A stretch of 64,000 nucleotides of DNA from an uncultured archaeon. GTDB lineage: Archaea > Thermoproteota > Nitrososphaeria > Nitrososphaerales > Gagatemarchaeaceae. A model generated the notes under the pieces. That model had not been told where the DNA came from and made no database searches. It was given only the letters and a program-made list of their open reading frames with translations. The position numbers were made by a program, and so were the translations under genes. The DNA lies in contig CAWCYD010000003.1 of the NCBI GenBank assembly GCA_963799775.1, positions 640,001 to 704,000 of the forward strand, read 5' to 3'. Below are positions 17,887 to 26,356 of this stretch, piece after piece. The first letter of the stretch is position 1; the number at the start of each line of letters is the position of its first letter.

Positions 17887-18986
17887 GTCCACCGTTGGGC
17901 CTTTATTCTCATCTTCTGAGGGAGGATCTTCTCCAGAGCTGACTTGGGCTCGAAGAACCATCCTTTCTCGTCATCGTAGTTCTCGTAGGGGATCGTGTAC
18001 CAGAAGCTCGTGGACAGGTCGAGCGTCCAGGCCGTCCATGTGCCCACTTGCGCGCTGAGATGCTGTGACAGGAACCTCATGGATTCCATGAGCGACCCAG
18101 CTGGGACAGCGCAATGCACCTGGTAGTAACCGTCTTTCCGGCCGGCTTCGAACCAGGAGAACGGGAAGTTGTTGAACAAGGTCCTGAGCGCCTCTAGATT
18201 CTTCTTCGTCAGGTTGTTGAACTCGTAGACGAGCCCTGCTGAGGTGCCTACGTCCTTCTTCGAGTCCGGGAGCCAGTGGACGTAGCTGGAGAGGGCCGTC
18301 GGAGATACGTGCTTCGCGTAATGCCAGCGCAACGTCCGCTCATTGATGCGGAGCTTCCTCGCTATCTCTGCGATGTTACGCCAAGAGTCCAGCTCGAGCT
18401 CCTTTATGATCAGGGTGTCGGTCGAGTCGATCTCTGGCGATGCGCTTGGTTCTTCCGCGCCCGATATCGCTGGCGGCTTCTCCGTCTGTTTTGCAATCTC
18501 GTCCCAGTCTATGGACCAAGCCCCTCGGCTGAAATCATAGAATCTGCTCTTGATCTCCGGGTGTCGAGACCACTCCAGCCTTTCTATCCGGGCCTCTGTC
18601 AGCACGCCTTCATGCACGAGCCTGTCCATGAACTTTCGGAACTCGTCGGTGACGGCGACAGGGACTGCGAAGAACGAAAGATAGCGAAGGTCTGCCGGGC
18701 TCTTCACCCAATAGGTCAGGAATGCGGAGGAAGAGAGGCTGTCGAGGATTGCCGGAGCGGAGTTCCTGGATTCCTCCGTGAACTTCATCACGACGAAATA
18801 GCGCTCGAGCCCCATGTAGTCGTAGTTCACGGGCGTCCTGATGTCCAGGCCCAGGGTAGGAAACCTCTTCTTCACCGTGTATCTTACGGTCTCTACCGGC
18901 ATCCCGCTCATCCGTGAGAGGAGCGAGATGTTCTGGATCCCGACTCTGTCGATTGCCTCAATCAGCTTTGTGATGTCCCGAGTCAT
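17883..18986 (-). CDS. Tandem Lrp/AsnC-like (HTH-RAM x2) transcriptional regulator A
   Basis: N-terminal HTH (NISLLSRMSGMPVETVRY), VNYDYMGL linker, second IDSTDTLIIKELELDSWRNIAEIARKL Lrp-type HTH. Confidence 0.8.
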   Translation of the reverse strand: MTRDITKLIEAIDRVGIQNISLLSRMSGMPVETVRYTVKKRFPTLGLDIRTPVNYDYMGLERYFVVMKFTEESRNSAPAILDSLSSSAFLTYWVKSPADLRYLSFFAVPVAVTDEFRKFMDRLVHEGVLTEARIERLEWSRHPEIKSRFYDFSRGAWSIDWDEIAKQTEKPPAISGAEEPSASPEIDSTDTLIIKELELDSWRNIAEIARKLRINERTLRWHYAKHVSPTALSSYVHWLPDSKKDVGTSAGLVYEFNNLTKKNLEALRTLFNNFPFSWFEAGRKDGYYQVHCAVPAGSLMESMRFLSQHLSAQVGTWTAWTLDLSTSFWYTIPYENYDDEKGWFFEPKSALEKILPQKMRIKAQRWT

Positions 18987-19082
18987 CTGTCAGGACAAGC
19001 GCCTCCGCCTAATCCCTAATAAAGATAATAGATTTTGCGAAAATATATGAGGTCCAGAATCCTGTGAATGGTCGAAGCCCCG

Positions 19083-19742
19083 CTAGACCATTTCGGGAGG
19101 CTTCCAGGTCACCTTGAGCTCGCACTTGACGCCATTGACGGCCTCGCAAGCGAGCTCGTACGCTGTCGCCTCGACCGCGAGAAGGGTTGAGACCATGCCT
19201 TCGATGTAGCCCCGCACATACCAGCACCTGGGCTCCTCGTCGACCGTATTTCTCACCATAGGGGAGTTGTGCATCGATATCCTCGCTTCGTTATGGAGCA
19301 AATCAATCTCTTCGATCTTGATCGCGCCCCAACCTAGTTTGTTGTAGGTGTGCGCGAGCTGCGCTGCCAACTGGTCGATGCCCACCTCGTCCGCAAGGTT
19401 CGCGAACTTCTTGCCTTCCGTCTTTCCCACGGTCTTTCCTGCGTTATACCAGATGACGAAGGCTCCAGTTCCAAGGACGGAGACTTCGCTCTCATAGACG
19501 CGCCGCAGCGCTTCGCCAGAGATCAGGACCCAGTCCTCCCCTGATGAGGCCCGAAGTTCTCCCCGGGAAGCGTCGAGAGAAGGCATCACGTCTTCGTCCT
19601 TGACGTGCGGTCTGCCCTCCACGGAGTGGAAGGAGCGCTCAGAGACAATATTCGCTTTCTTTCCATTTCGGAAATTCCCGGCCCGCATCTTTCTGCAATA
19701 GAACGAGAATCTGAATTCAGCATCCACACGAAACCAGCACAA
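19083..19742 (-). CDS. V4R-domain protein (true start probably downstream of 19742)
   Basis: LGTGAFVIWYNAGKTVG, KLGWG, PRCWYVRGYIEG, ELACEAVNGVKCEL. Confidence 0.85.
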   Translation of the reverse strand: MCWFRVDAEFRFSFYCRKMRAGNFRNGKKANIVSERSFHSVEGRPHVKDEDVMPSLDASRGELRASSGEDWVLISGEALRRVYESEVSVLGTGAFVIWYNAGKTVGKTEGKKFANLADEVGIDQLAAQLAHTYNKLGWGAIKIEEIDLLHNEARISMHNSPMVRNTVDEEPRCWYVRGYIEGMVSTLLAVEATAYELACEAVNGVKCELKVTWKPPEMV

Positions 19743-19781
19743 TTACTTTATGCATTTGCTGACAGCGCTTAAATTCCTAAA

Positions 19782-19958
19782 GTGCTAACCGAAAAGCTGG
19801 GTCAGAGAACGAAGAAAGAGATCATCTCGGTCTCGAAAGACAACGTCAGTCTACGTTTGGTGATAACGAGGAAAGACGACGTCTCGACTCCACGCGGAGA
19901 CGCAGCAAACAAGACTGCCCCGAAGCTGCAGAAGCCCATAATCATTCAACGCAAGTAG
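19782..19958 (+). CDS. Putative 58-aa basic small protein
   Basis: GTG 19782: MLTEKLGQRTKKEIISVSKDNVSLRLVITRK...KPIIIQRK*; TTTATG about 30 nt upstream. Confidence 0.35.
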   Translation: MLTEKLGQRTKKEIISVSKDNVSLRLVITRKDDVSTPRGDAANKTAPKLQKPIIIQRK

Positions 19959-20018
19959 CAACCTCGCCGCCGCACGCAACTTTCTCCTCAGCCAACCGGC
20001 TTTGTCTTCTGGCGTCGC

Positions 20019-20492
20019 TTGATGAGTTTTCACTCTCGTAAAGACTTATGTAGCCTGTTGCCGTTTGCATGGGATGTCGTGGAAGGGTCAGTTAATTCGG
20101 TATCAATCCTCGATATCGACTCGCTAGTCCGAAAGTATAGGAGAGGAATGGTCAACTCTCTCCTGGAGTACCTGATCCTGAACTCGCTCGAAAAGAGCAA
20201 GATGTGCGGCTACGACATTATCAAGCTGCTGCACGAGAGATTCCACACGTTGCTCAGCCCCGGACAGGTCTACCCGGTGATCGATCATCTTGCGAGGCAG
20301 GGCCTCATCGAGAAGGAGAAGGAAGGGAGGTCCGTGATGCTCTCCGCGTCCCACCTCGGACAGTCATTGCTAAAGGCGTGGAGAGAGGAACTGCGTAGCA
20401 TCCAGATGGAAGTAGACAATCTTGGCGTCCAAAAGCCAGGATTGGGTCGCGGGAGTGAAGCGCTTCGTCTCGATCCCATCCTCGCGAGTTAG
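20019..20492 (+). CDS. PadR-family transcriptional regulator (start uncertain)
   Basis: LEYLILNSLEKSKMCGYDIIKLLHERFHTLLSPGQVYPVIDHL. Confidence 0.85.
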   Translation: MMSFHSRKDLCSLLPFAWDVVEGSVNSVSILDIDSLVRKYRRGMVNSLLEYLILNSLEKSKMCGYDIIKLLHERFHTLLSPGQVYPVIDHLARQGLIEKEKEGRSVMLSASHLGQSLLKAWREELRSIQMEVDNLGVQKPGLGRGSEALRLDPILAS

Positions 20493-20559
20493 TGTTTTCA
20501 CAAGAATCTATACGTTTATTAGTGTATAATCCCTTCCAAATGATTACAGGGTGTGGTAG

Positions 20560-20901
20560 TTGCCAACGACTTGGGCCGTAGCCAGGTTCAGGACGAACAT
20601 CATTCGGGAAAACCTCCAGTTGATGGTCTTGAGTTATTTGAGACAGTCTGAGCTATCCGAATGGGAAATCCTCAACCTGCTTCACTCCCGACACAATGCG
20701 ACGCCAGGAGAGAGAGAATTCCGGAAGCTGGTCGACTCCCTAACTCAGGGAGGCTATGCAGAGTCAGAGCTGGTCTCGGGAGACCGGAAATTGCGTCTGA
20801 GCCGAAAGGGGATGGACCTGCAGAGAACGCTCGCGAAGGAGTACAAGGCCGTGATGGCAAGGTTGAACGCCTTCTCTGCAGCTGAGTTCGCGAGAGGGTA
20901 G
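20560..20901 (+). CDS. PadR-like winged-helix protein
   Basis: LQLMVLSYLRQSELSEWEILNLL...RKLRLSRKGMD. Confidence 0.7.
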   Translation: MPTTWAVARFRTNIIRENLQLMVLSYLRQSELSEWEILNLLHSRHNATPGEREFRKLVDSLTQGGYAESELVSGDRKLRLSRKGMDLQRTLAKEYKAVMARLNAFSAAEFARG

Positions 20902-20908
20902 CGGCCCC

Positions 20909-21278
20909 TCAGGCTATCTTGTAGCGGTTCGCTGCCTTCACGATAAGGAATATCACAAAAGCCACGATTATGAAAGTGAGGACTGCATTGGCGAAGTCTC
21001 CGATCCCGAACCCGTCGACCGCGTAAGTGTTGATGTTTGTGCCTTTCGGAAGGGCTAGACCGACAATCGGGAGGATCAGGTCGCTGACGAGGGCCTTGAC
21101 CACGCCTCCCAGGTATAGGCCCAGGATGAACGCGACGGCGAGGCCTATGGACCTTGTACTCGGCTAGGAAGGCCTTGAACTCTTGCGCCATTCCCTTTGG
21201 TTTCGGAGGGTCGGGAGGCTTCTTGAGTGCATCTGAGATCTTGCGGAGCTCGGCAAGGATCTCGTCATCTTTGTCCAA
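20909..21278 (-). CDS. mscL: Large-conductance mechanosensitive channel MscL (frameshift near 21150)
   Basis: EFKAFLAEYKV/IGLAVAFILGLYLGGVVKALVSDLILPIV...GDFANAVLTFIIVAFVIFLIVK. Confidence 0.9.
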
Positions 21279-21415
21279 TTGCTACAACGATTCGATTTGA
21301 GAACGGCATATATAACAAGTTCAGACAATCATAGTGAAAAATCTCGCGGGGCCGCTCAGGCCGTGAATGCCCTGCGGTCGCGACAAGCGGGAAGGACTAT
21401 CGCAGGCGACTTGCC

Positions 21416-21730
21416 TCAGCGCATTATTTCCATTCGGTGAGTCGGATAGATGAGGCCCTCTGCGTTGGAGTTAGGCTCCATGAAGACCGATTCGACCTCT
21501 TGGAAGCGTTTCAACAGGGTGAGGCCGTCGGAAGTCGGGGTGACGACCACTCCGGATGGGGTGTCCTTGCTCTCGAGTATGCCCTTCTTCTCGAGCGAGT
21601 CTAGAGCGTCGTTCAGGACTGTCCAGGCTAGGTTCGCCTTGTACATGATCCTCGTCCGCTTCATCTCTCTTTCCTCGGCGACTACCTTCATGATGTCCAT
21701 GAAGACTTCCAACTTCGACCTTCGAATCAT
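21416..21730 (-). CDS. Archaeal winged-helix regulator (HTH_45-like)
   Basis: RRSKLEVFMDIMKVV...RTRIMYKANLAW. Confidence 0.85.
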   Translation of the reverse strand: MIRRSKLEVFMDIMKVVAEEREMKRTRIMYKANLAWTVLNDALDSLEKKGILESKDTPSGVVVTPTSDGLTLLKRFQEVESVFMEPNSNAEGLIYPTHRMEIMR

Positions 21731-22118
21731 CTTAGGACGTGTTCCGGGAGCGTCTTAGATATCCTTGTTAGGCCTCACGCCAGAAATCGAGGACCGATAT
21801 TTATGGAAAATGACAGAAATCCACGCTTGGTTCAATCTCGTTCGGGAGGGGGACGACGCGCGGGGGGCTCAGGAGTGAATCGGCTAGGGGATCATGGACG
21901 GATTTTGGCGACTTTGATGAAAATCGCACTCTGCAGTCATTCTCGCGGCTGCTTTCCTGCCACACAGACGGTCTTGCAACGAGTTACGGCCCGAATATTA
22001 TGAATGTTGCACAAAAGGCAGGCGCTTTCGAGAATTGTCGGAAATCAAAACATAGAGCCAGAGCATAGATTCTTCATTCACTTTCCCTTTATAGATTAGC
22101 ACCGCTTCATTTCGCGTC

Positions 22119-22655
22119 TTGCAGGGTCTGTCCAAGAGGACGCTGGAGGGAGTCATAAGGACCGACCTCACATCTGCGAGGACTCTATACATGTCCGCCA
22201 ACTCTTGGCTTCAGATCGAAGACGACCTCTTCAGGACCTTCTCGACAGGCGCCTCGATGTTCTTGATCCACCTGGGGACATATTACGGCAAGTCGATTAC
22301 CAAGGAAGCGAAGCTCTCGTTCACAGACCCGCAAGGGATCTTGGACAGGCTCAAGGCCATGATGCTAATCGCTGGTTGGGGAGAGCTCTCGATTCGGTGG
22401 AGACAAGGCGATGAGAGGAACCTCGAGATGGAGTTGAAGAACTGCGTCTTCTGCTCAGAAGAGACGAAGGCCTTGTCTTGCTATTTCTTGCAGGGCGTGA
22501 TGGCGGGGGCGCTCTCGGAGACGTTCGGGCGGGAGTACAAGGTCTCTGAGACAGAGTGTTGCAGGAAGGGCGCGGACTCGTGCAAGCTCCACGCCACAGT
22601 GTCCGCAGTCCGAGAGACGGCAGGGATATTCTCTTCGTCCTCGGAGAGCAACTAG
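22119..22655 (+). CDS. V4R-domain protein
   Basis: FSTGASMFLIHLGTYYG, AGWG, NCVFC, SCYFLQGVMAG, ETECCRKGADSC. Confidence 0.85.
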   Translation: MQGLSKRTLEGVIRTDLTSARTLYMSANSWLQIEDDLFRTFSTGASMFLIHLGTYYGKSITKEAKLSFTDPQGILDRLKAMMLIAGWGELSIRWRQGDERNLEMELKNCVFCSEETKALSCYFLQGVMAGALSETFGREYKVSETECCRKGADSCKLHATVSAVRETAGIFSSSSESN

Positions 22656-22658
22656 CGC

Positions 22659-22908
22659 GGCTCTGTCCAATCCACTGGACTTGGAGACATCGACTGGCCG
22701 GTTTCGCTCCGGTTCCATCGCTTCACACGCCTCCCGCTCCTCGCCGAGCCACAGCGAGACATCTTGTTATCTTAGAGTCCATCACCACAAAGGGCATCGG
22801 TGGACTCTTTGCTCTTCTGAGGTTACAGAGCATGACCCAGTTGCGTCATATTCGGGCCATCAATTTAAGCGCCCATGCGTCCAGCGAACTTGACAGCGGC
22901 ACAGTGCC
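22659..22908 (-). mobile_element. MITE-like orphan omegaRNA element related to tnpB element 1
   Basis: Minus strand GGCACTGT...GGACAGAGCC with an ATGGGCGCTTAAAT promoter. AAGATGTCTCGCTGTGGCTCGGCGAGGAGCGGGAGGCGTGTGAAGCGATG resembles the tnpB1 3' end AAGATGTCTGGGTCAGGCTCACTCAGGAGCGCGAGGCACAGATGAAGCTGTG. Confidence 0.65.
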
Positions 22909-22938
22909 AAGGGTCTCGGCAAGACCTTCCACACGCGG

Positions 22939-23514
22939 TCAGTAATGCTCGCTGAAACGGGGAAGCTCAAGAGCCATCATCAGTTCTTCGACCGTCCTAA
23001 CGCAATAGTGGATGCCCCTGCCTTTCTCGGCGATCTTTTCCATGAATGCTGAGGGCTTTAGAGAGAGTTCGACCGCATCAAGTCTTATCTCTGCCTTTGC
23101 GATTTGCTCGCACAGCGGAAGAGGGTCTGGCCCTTTGTTGCCTCCATCCCCTATGAGCTTTATGCGGCGGACCGCGGGACGCCGCATCCTGTCGATCGTG
23201 GCGACGCTCTGCATCAGGTTCTTTGCGTACGAAAGGGCGTCGCGGACAGGACTTCCTCCCGTCGGCGAGAGGTCGGCCAGGTTGGCGAGCTCCGCCCTCG
23301 TAGGTGTGACCATCAACGGCACAAGCTCCTGGATGTTGGTCTTGCCGATGACGCCTTTGAGGTTATAGGACGCGATCGCGACCTTGAGCGGCCATTCAGG
23401 ATAGAAATTAGGCCACGATTCCGAGCAGAACCTCCTCAAGGCCTCCTTGACGATATCAATCTTCGGATGGCCCTTGAGTTTCTCCTTCATGCTGTTTGAG
23501 GCGTCGACAAGCAA
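22939..23514 (-). CDS. von Willebrand factor A (VWA) domain protein
   Basis: MIDAS LLVDASNSM, GGSP, LIGDG. Confidence 0.85.
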   Translation of the reverse strand: MLVDASNSMKEKLKGHPKIDIVKEALRRFCSESWPNFYPEWPLKVAIASYNLKGVIGKTNIQELVPLMVTPTRAELANLADLSPTGGSPVRDALSYAKNLMQSVATIDRMRRPAVRRIKLIGDGGNKGPDPLPLCEQIAKAEIRLDAVELSLKPSAFMEKIAEKGRGIHYCVRTVEELMMALELPRFSEHY

Positions 23515-23635
23515 TACTCTGTATTCAGCGGTCCTCTCTACGGTGCTCGCAGCAGGTCATCTCCGCCTGCCGAGCATCCATTCGTCACGCTATATGCAAG
23601 ATGGAGATTAGTTCCACGCTGGACGGTCGCTGGCT

Positions 23636-24470
23636 CTACTTTGCCAGCATGCTGATGGTCAGGTCCCACGGCGTGAGTATCATCTTCCTGTCCTTCGTGA
23701 TAAGGCAACGGCCGTCCTCCGCGTTGATCCAGCTCAGAGCAGAGGCCGCGTCCAGTTCGGGGTCCACGAAGACGGGCTTGTGCAACATCGGGCCCATCGA
23801 CTTGATCGGGGAGTCAAGGATCTCTCCGGGAGAGTCACGCAGCCTCCCTAGGTTCACCGGCGAGAGGAGCCACTTGATGATGCCCCTGTCGGAGACCACG
23901 AGGCCCGATTCCTTGACGAAGAGGCGCCTGACGTGCTTGTCGAGCATGGTCTGAATGGTGTCCATGACGCTCAGGTTCTCGCTCACGCTGACCAGCGGGT
24001 TTGAAGCCTTGTCCCTCGCCCTCACGTTGGTTATCTTGGCAGTGTAGCCAGACTTGACCAGGAAGGAGGCTATGTCCAGGAGGCCGACTAGGTTGGTCGG
24101 GGCGCCGTTCGGCGCGACGACGATGGCGTAGCCCCAGCCCTGATTCATTATGCTCTTCACCACGGTCTGGACGTCGTCCTCAGGCTTGACCAGCAGGGCA
24201 CCTCATCTTCGAGTCGGCGATCCTCGTCTGGTAGAAGGTGGTCCACACCGTCTTTCGGTTGACCAAGCGGAGCACGTTGTAGCCGAGTATGATGCCCGTC
24301 GGGGCGCCTGCCTGGTCGACGGCCACCACGCCCTCGACATCGAGCTGCGAGAGGTGCAGGCCTGCCGATATGATCGGCTCGTTCTCGTTGATCTTGTATA
24401 GAGTGCACGGGGAGGCCTCGAGGATGGACTTTACGGAGGCACCTGAAATCGAGATGCTCTTCGAGGCCAA
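23636..24470 (-). CDS. CBS-domain protein (frameshift near 24200)
   Basis: ASNPLVSVSENLSVMDTIQTMLDKHVRRLFV; N-terminal half in ORF 24180-24470. Confidence 0.75.
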
Positions 24471-24514
24471 CAGGTCAAATTTCGCACACTCAATATTTAT
24501 TCCTTAGGGATTTG

Positions 24515-25800
24515 GGCTCCTCGATATGGGCGATTAAATACTCTAGCATCCGATTAGAGCATGTCTGTCGTTGCCATGCTCTCGGTTTGGCAGCCTCATG
24601 ATAACGGTGTCTTGACTGGAATTCTACGTGAATGCAGGATCCTGACATACAACGCAATCGAATATGCTGAAAACAACGGACTAAAGAGCAGGAAGCAGAT
24701 GAACGGGTTCTACCGGTCGATAAATAGTGTCAATCTACCATCCTGCTTCAAACTCGCAATAATTACGCGCGCCTGTTCTGTACTTAGGAGTAGGAGAAAG
24801 AGCGAAAACAAATCCGTCCAGGTGAAGTATCGAAAGCCTCTGAAGCTTATGGCCTGCATAACAGCTGGATTCTTCATTACCTCTAAGGGCAAGTTGTTCA
24901 TCTCGCTGGGTCATGATAAATTCGAGATGGTCCAACTCAACTGCTACGCCTTCGCCAAAGTCTCTGCGCCCAATATCAAAATGAGGAGCCTGACAATAAC
25001 AGAAGATAGGATTGGAATCTGCTACTCGAAACAGGTTGAAGCGATACATTGTCATCGAGTCTTCGGTGTCGATAGGAACGAGAAGAACCTCACTTTTGGC
25101 AATCGAGATGCATTCGAGACGATAGATCTGTCACAGATAGCGCGAGTGAATCAGACAACGAGAGAGATCCTGAGCTCCTTCAAAAGAAACGATGATAGAG
25201 TCAAGAGACGACTATTCGATAAGTACTGGGGACGGGCCAGTAGAAGAACGAATCAGGTGCTCCACGATGCGACTAACCGTATCGTTGAAAAAGCTAGATC
25301 TGAGGGTGCGGCGTTGGCCCTTGAGGACATCGCAGGAATCAACAAGATGTATCAGAAGGGCAACGGGCAAGGAAAAGACTATCGATTCAGGATGAATTCC
25401 TGGGCGCATGGAAAGACATGCAGGATGATCGATTACAAATCTGCCGACAAGGGCGTGACTGTTGTGAAGCTCACAAAAACAGAGACCAGAGGGTCTTCAT
25501 CGACTCATTTTGGGTGTGGGGAGAAGCTCCAAAGCCCAGCCAAGAGAGATCTGGTTCATCGGCGACACCTCTGGTGCAATAAATGCGAGCGTTGGGTTCA
25601 CCGCGACGTCAACGCGGTGTTCAATCTGGCTGACAGGGGGCTGTCCAGGCTTGCCAGTTCCCTGCCTCCTTCTGAGAAGATGGAGGTGAAAGGGCATGCA
25701 GGTGAAGCTATGAATGGGAATCCGACGACGATGGCAGTAATCCCAGGAGCAGATGCCATGCAAGTGGACTCTGGGTGCGAACCGAAGAGTTAACAGAGCC
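24515..25800 (+). mobile_element. tnpB-only element 2 with GGCTC termini and a putative 8-bp target duplication
   Basis: GGGATTTG|GGCTCC...ACAGAGCC|GGGATTTC; internal ATGGGCGATTAAATA promoter; AT-richer than the flanks. Confidence 0.65.
24561..25793 (+). CDS. tnpB: RNA-guided endonuclease TnpB (intact RuvC D-E-D)
   Basis: FGVDRNEKN, LALEDIAGI, WCNKC, HRDVNAVFNL. Confidence 0.9.
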   Translation: MSVVAMLSVWQPHDNGVLTGILRECRILTYNAIEYAENNGLKSRKQMNGFYRSINSVNLPSCFKLAIITRACSVLRSRRKSENKSVQVKYRKPLKLMACITAGFFITSKGKLFISLGHDKFEMVQLNCYAFAKVSAPNIKMRSLTITEDRIGICYSKQVEAIHCHRVFGVDRNEKNLTFGNRDAFETIDLSQIARVNQTTREILSSFKRNDDRVKRRLFDKYWGRASRRTNQVLHDATNRIVEKARSEGAALALEDIAGINKMYQKGNGQGKDYRFRMNSWAHGKTCRMIDYKSADKGVTVVKLTKTETRGSSSTHFGCGEKLQSPAKRDLVHRRHLWCNKCERWVHRDVNAVFNLADRGLSRLASSLPPSEKMEVKGHAGEAMNGNPTTMAVIPGADAMQVDSGCEPKS

Positions 25801-25827
25801 GGGATTTCGGACACTGAGCAGGCCCGA

Positions 25828-26250
25828 ATGGACCTTTCGCTCCTGATCCACCCCATTATCGCCGCCAGCGCCGTCCTCCTTGTCGCGACCACCTACCTTC
25901 TGAAATCTCGGAGAAAGCTCTACTTTCGGCTCCATTACGCGGCAGGGATTCTCGCCTTTTCGTTGTCGATGTTCGCCTTTCCCCTGGGCCTATACTTTGT
26001 GCTGAGCAGCGGTGGCGTCTCGCAGTTTCCCGAGGAGATACTCTTCCACACCGTGAACTTCTTCGCCGTGGTGGGCATGATAGTGATCCAGGGGGGATTG
26101 GGCATGGGGATGCTGCTCTTCGGCAGGAGAAGGGAGGCCTACAGGACGCACAAGCGGCTCGCGAAGTACGTGCTTGCAATCTTCTTACTTCAGGGAGCGC
26201 TAGGTCTGGCGACCCTATACGGCATATTGCCATTCGTATTTGGGTCCTGA
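25828..26250 (+). CDS. Four-TM membrane protein with conserved His (cytochrome b561/DUF420-like)
   Basis: ATG 25828; IHP, RLHY, FHT, RTHKRL within or next to TM helices. Confidence 0.6.
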   Translation: MDLSLLIHPIIAASAVLLVATTYLLKSRRKLYFRLHYAAGILAFSLSMFAFPLGLYFVLSSGGVSQFPEEILFHTVNFFAVVGMIVIQGGLGMGMLLFGRRREAYRTHKRLAKYVLAIFLLQGALGLATLYGILPFVFGS

Positions 26251-26356
26251 GGGGAAATATGAGAAACCCCTGAGAAAGGTGGAAGCATGCTTCAGAGAGC
26301 TTATACCCAAGGGAGAAACGAATTCACATGCGGATAGTTCGCTTGGTGTGTGATAG

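Noticed and set aside
18612-18621. ATGCACGAGC in regulator A matching the putative guide downstream of 48300
   Set aside because: Only about 10 nt of identity, which can arise by chance in 64 kb, with no supporting TAM evidence.
21803-22003. 66-aa ORF between the wHTH and V4R genes
   Set aside because: Lies in a divergent promoter region with no recognisable motif or composition support.
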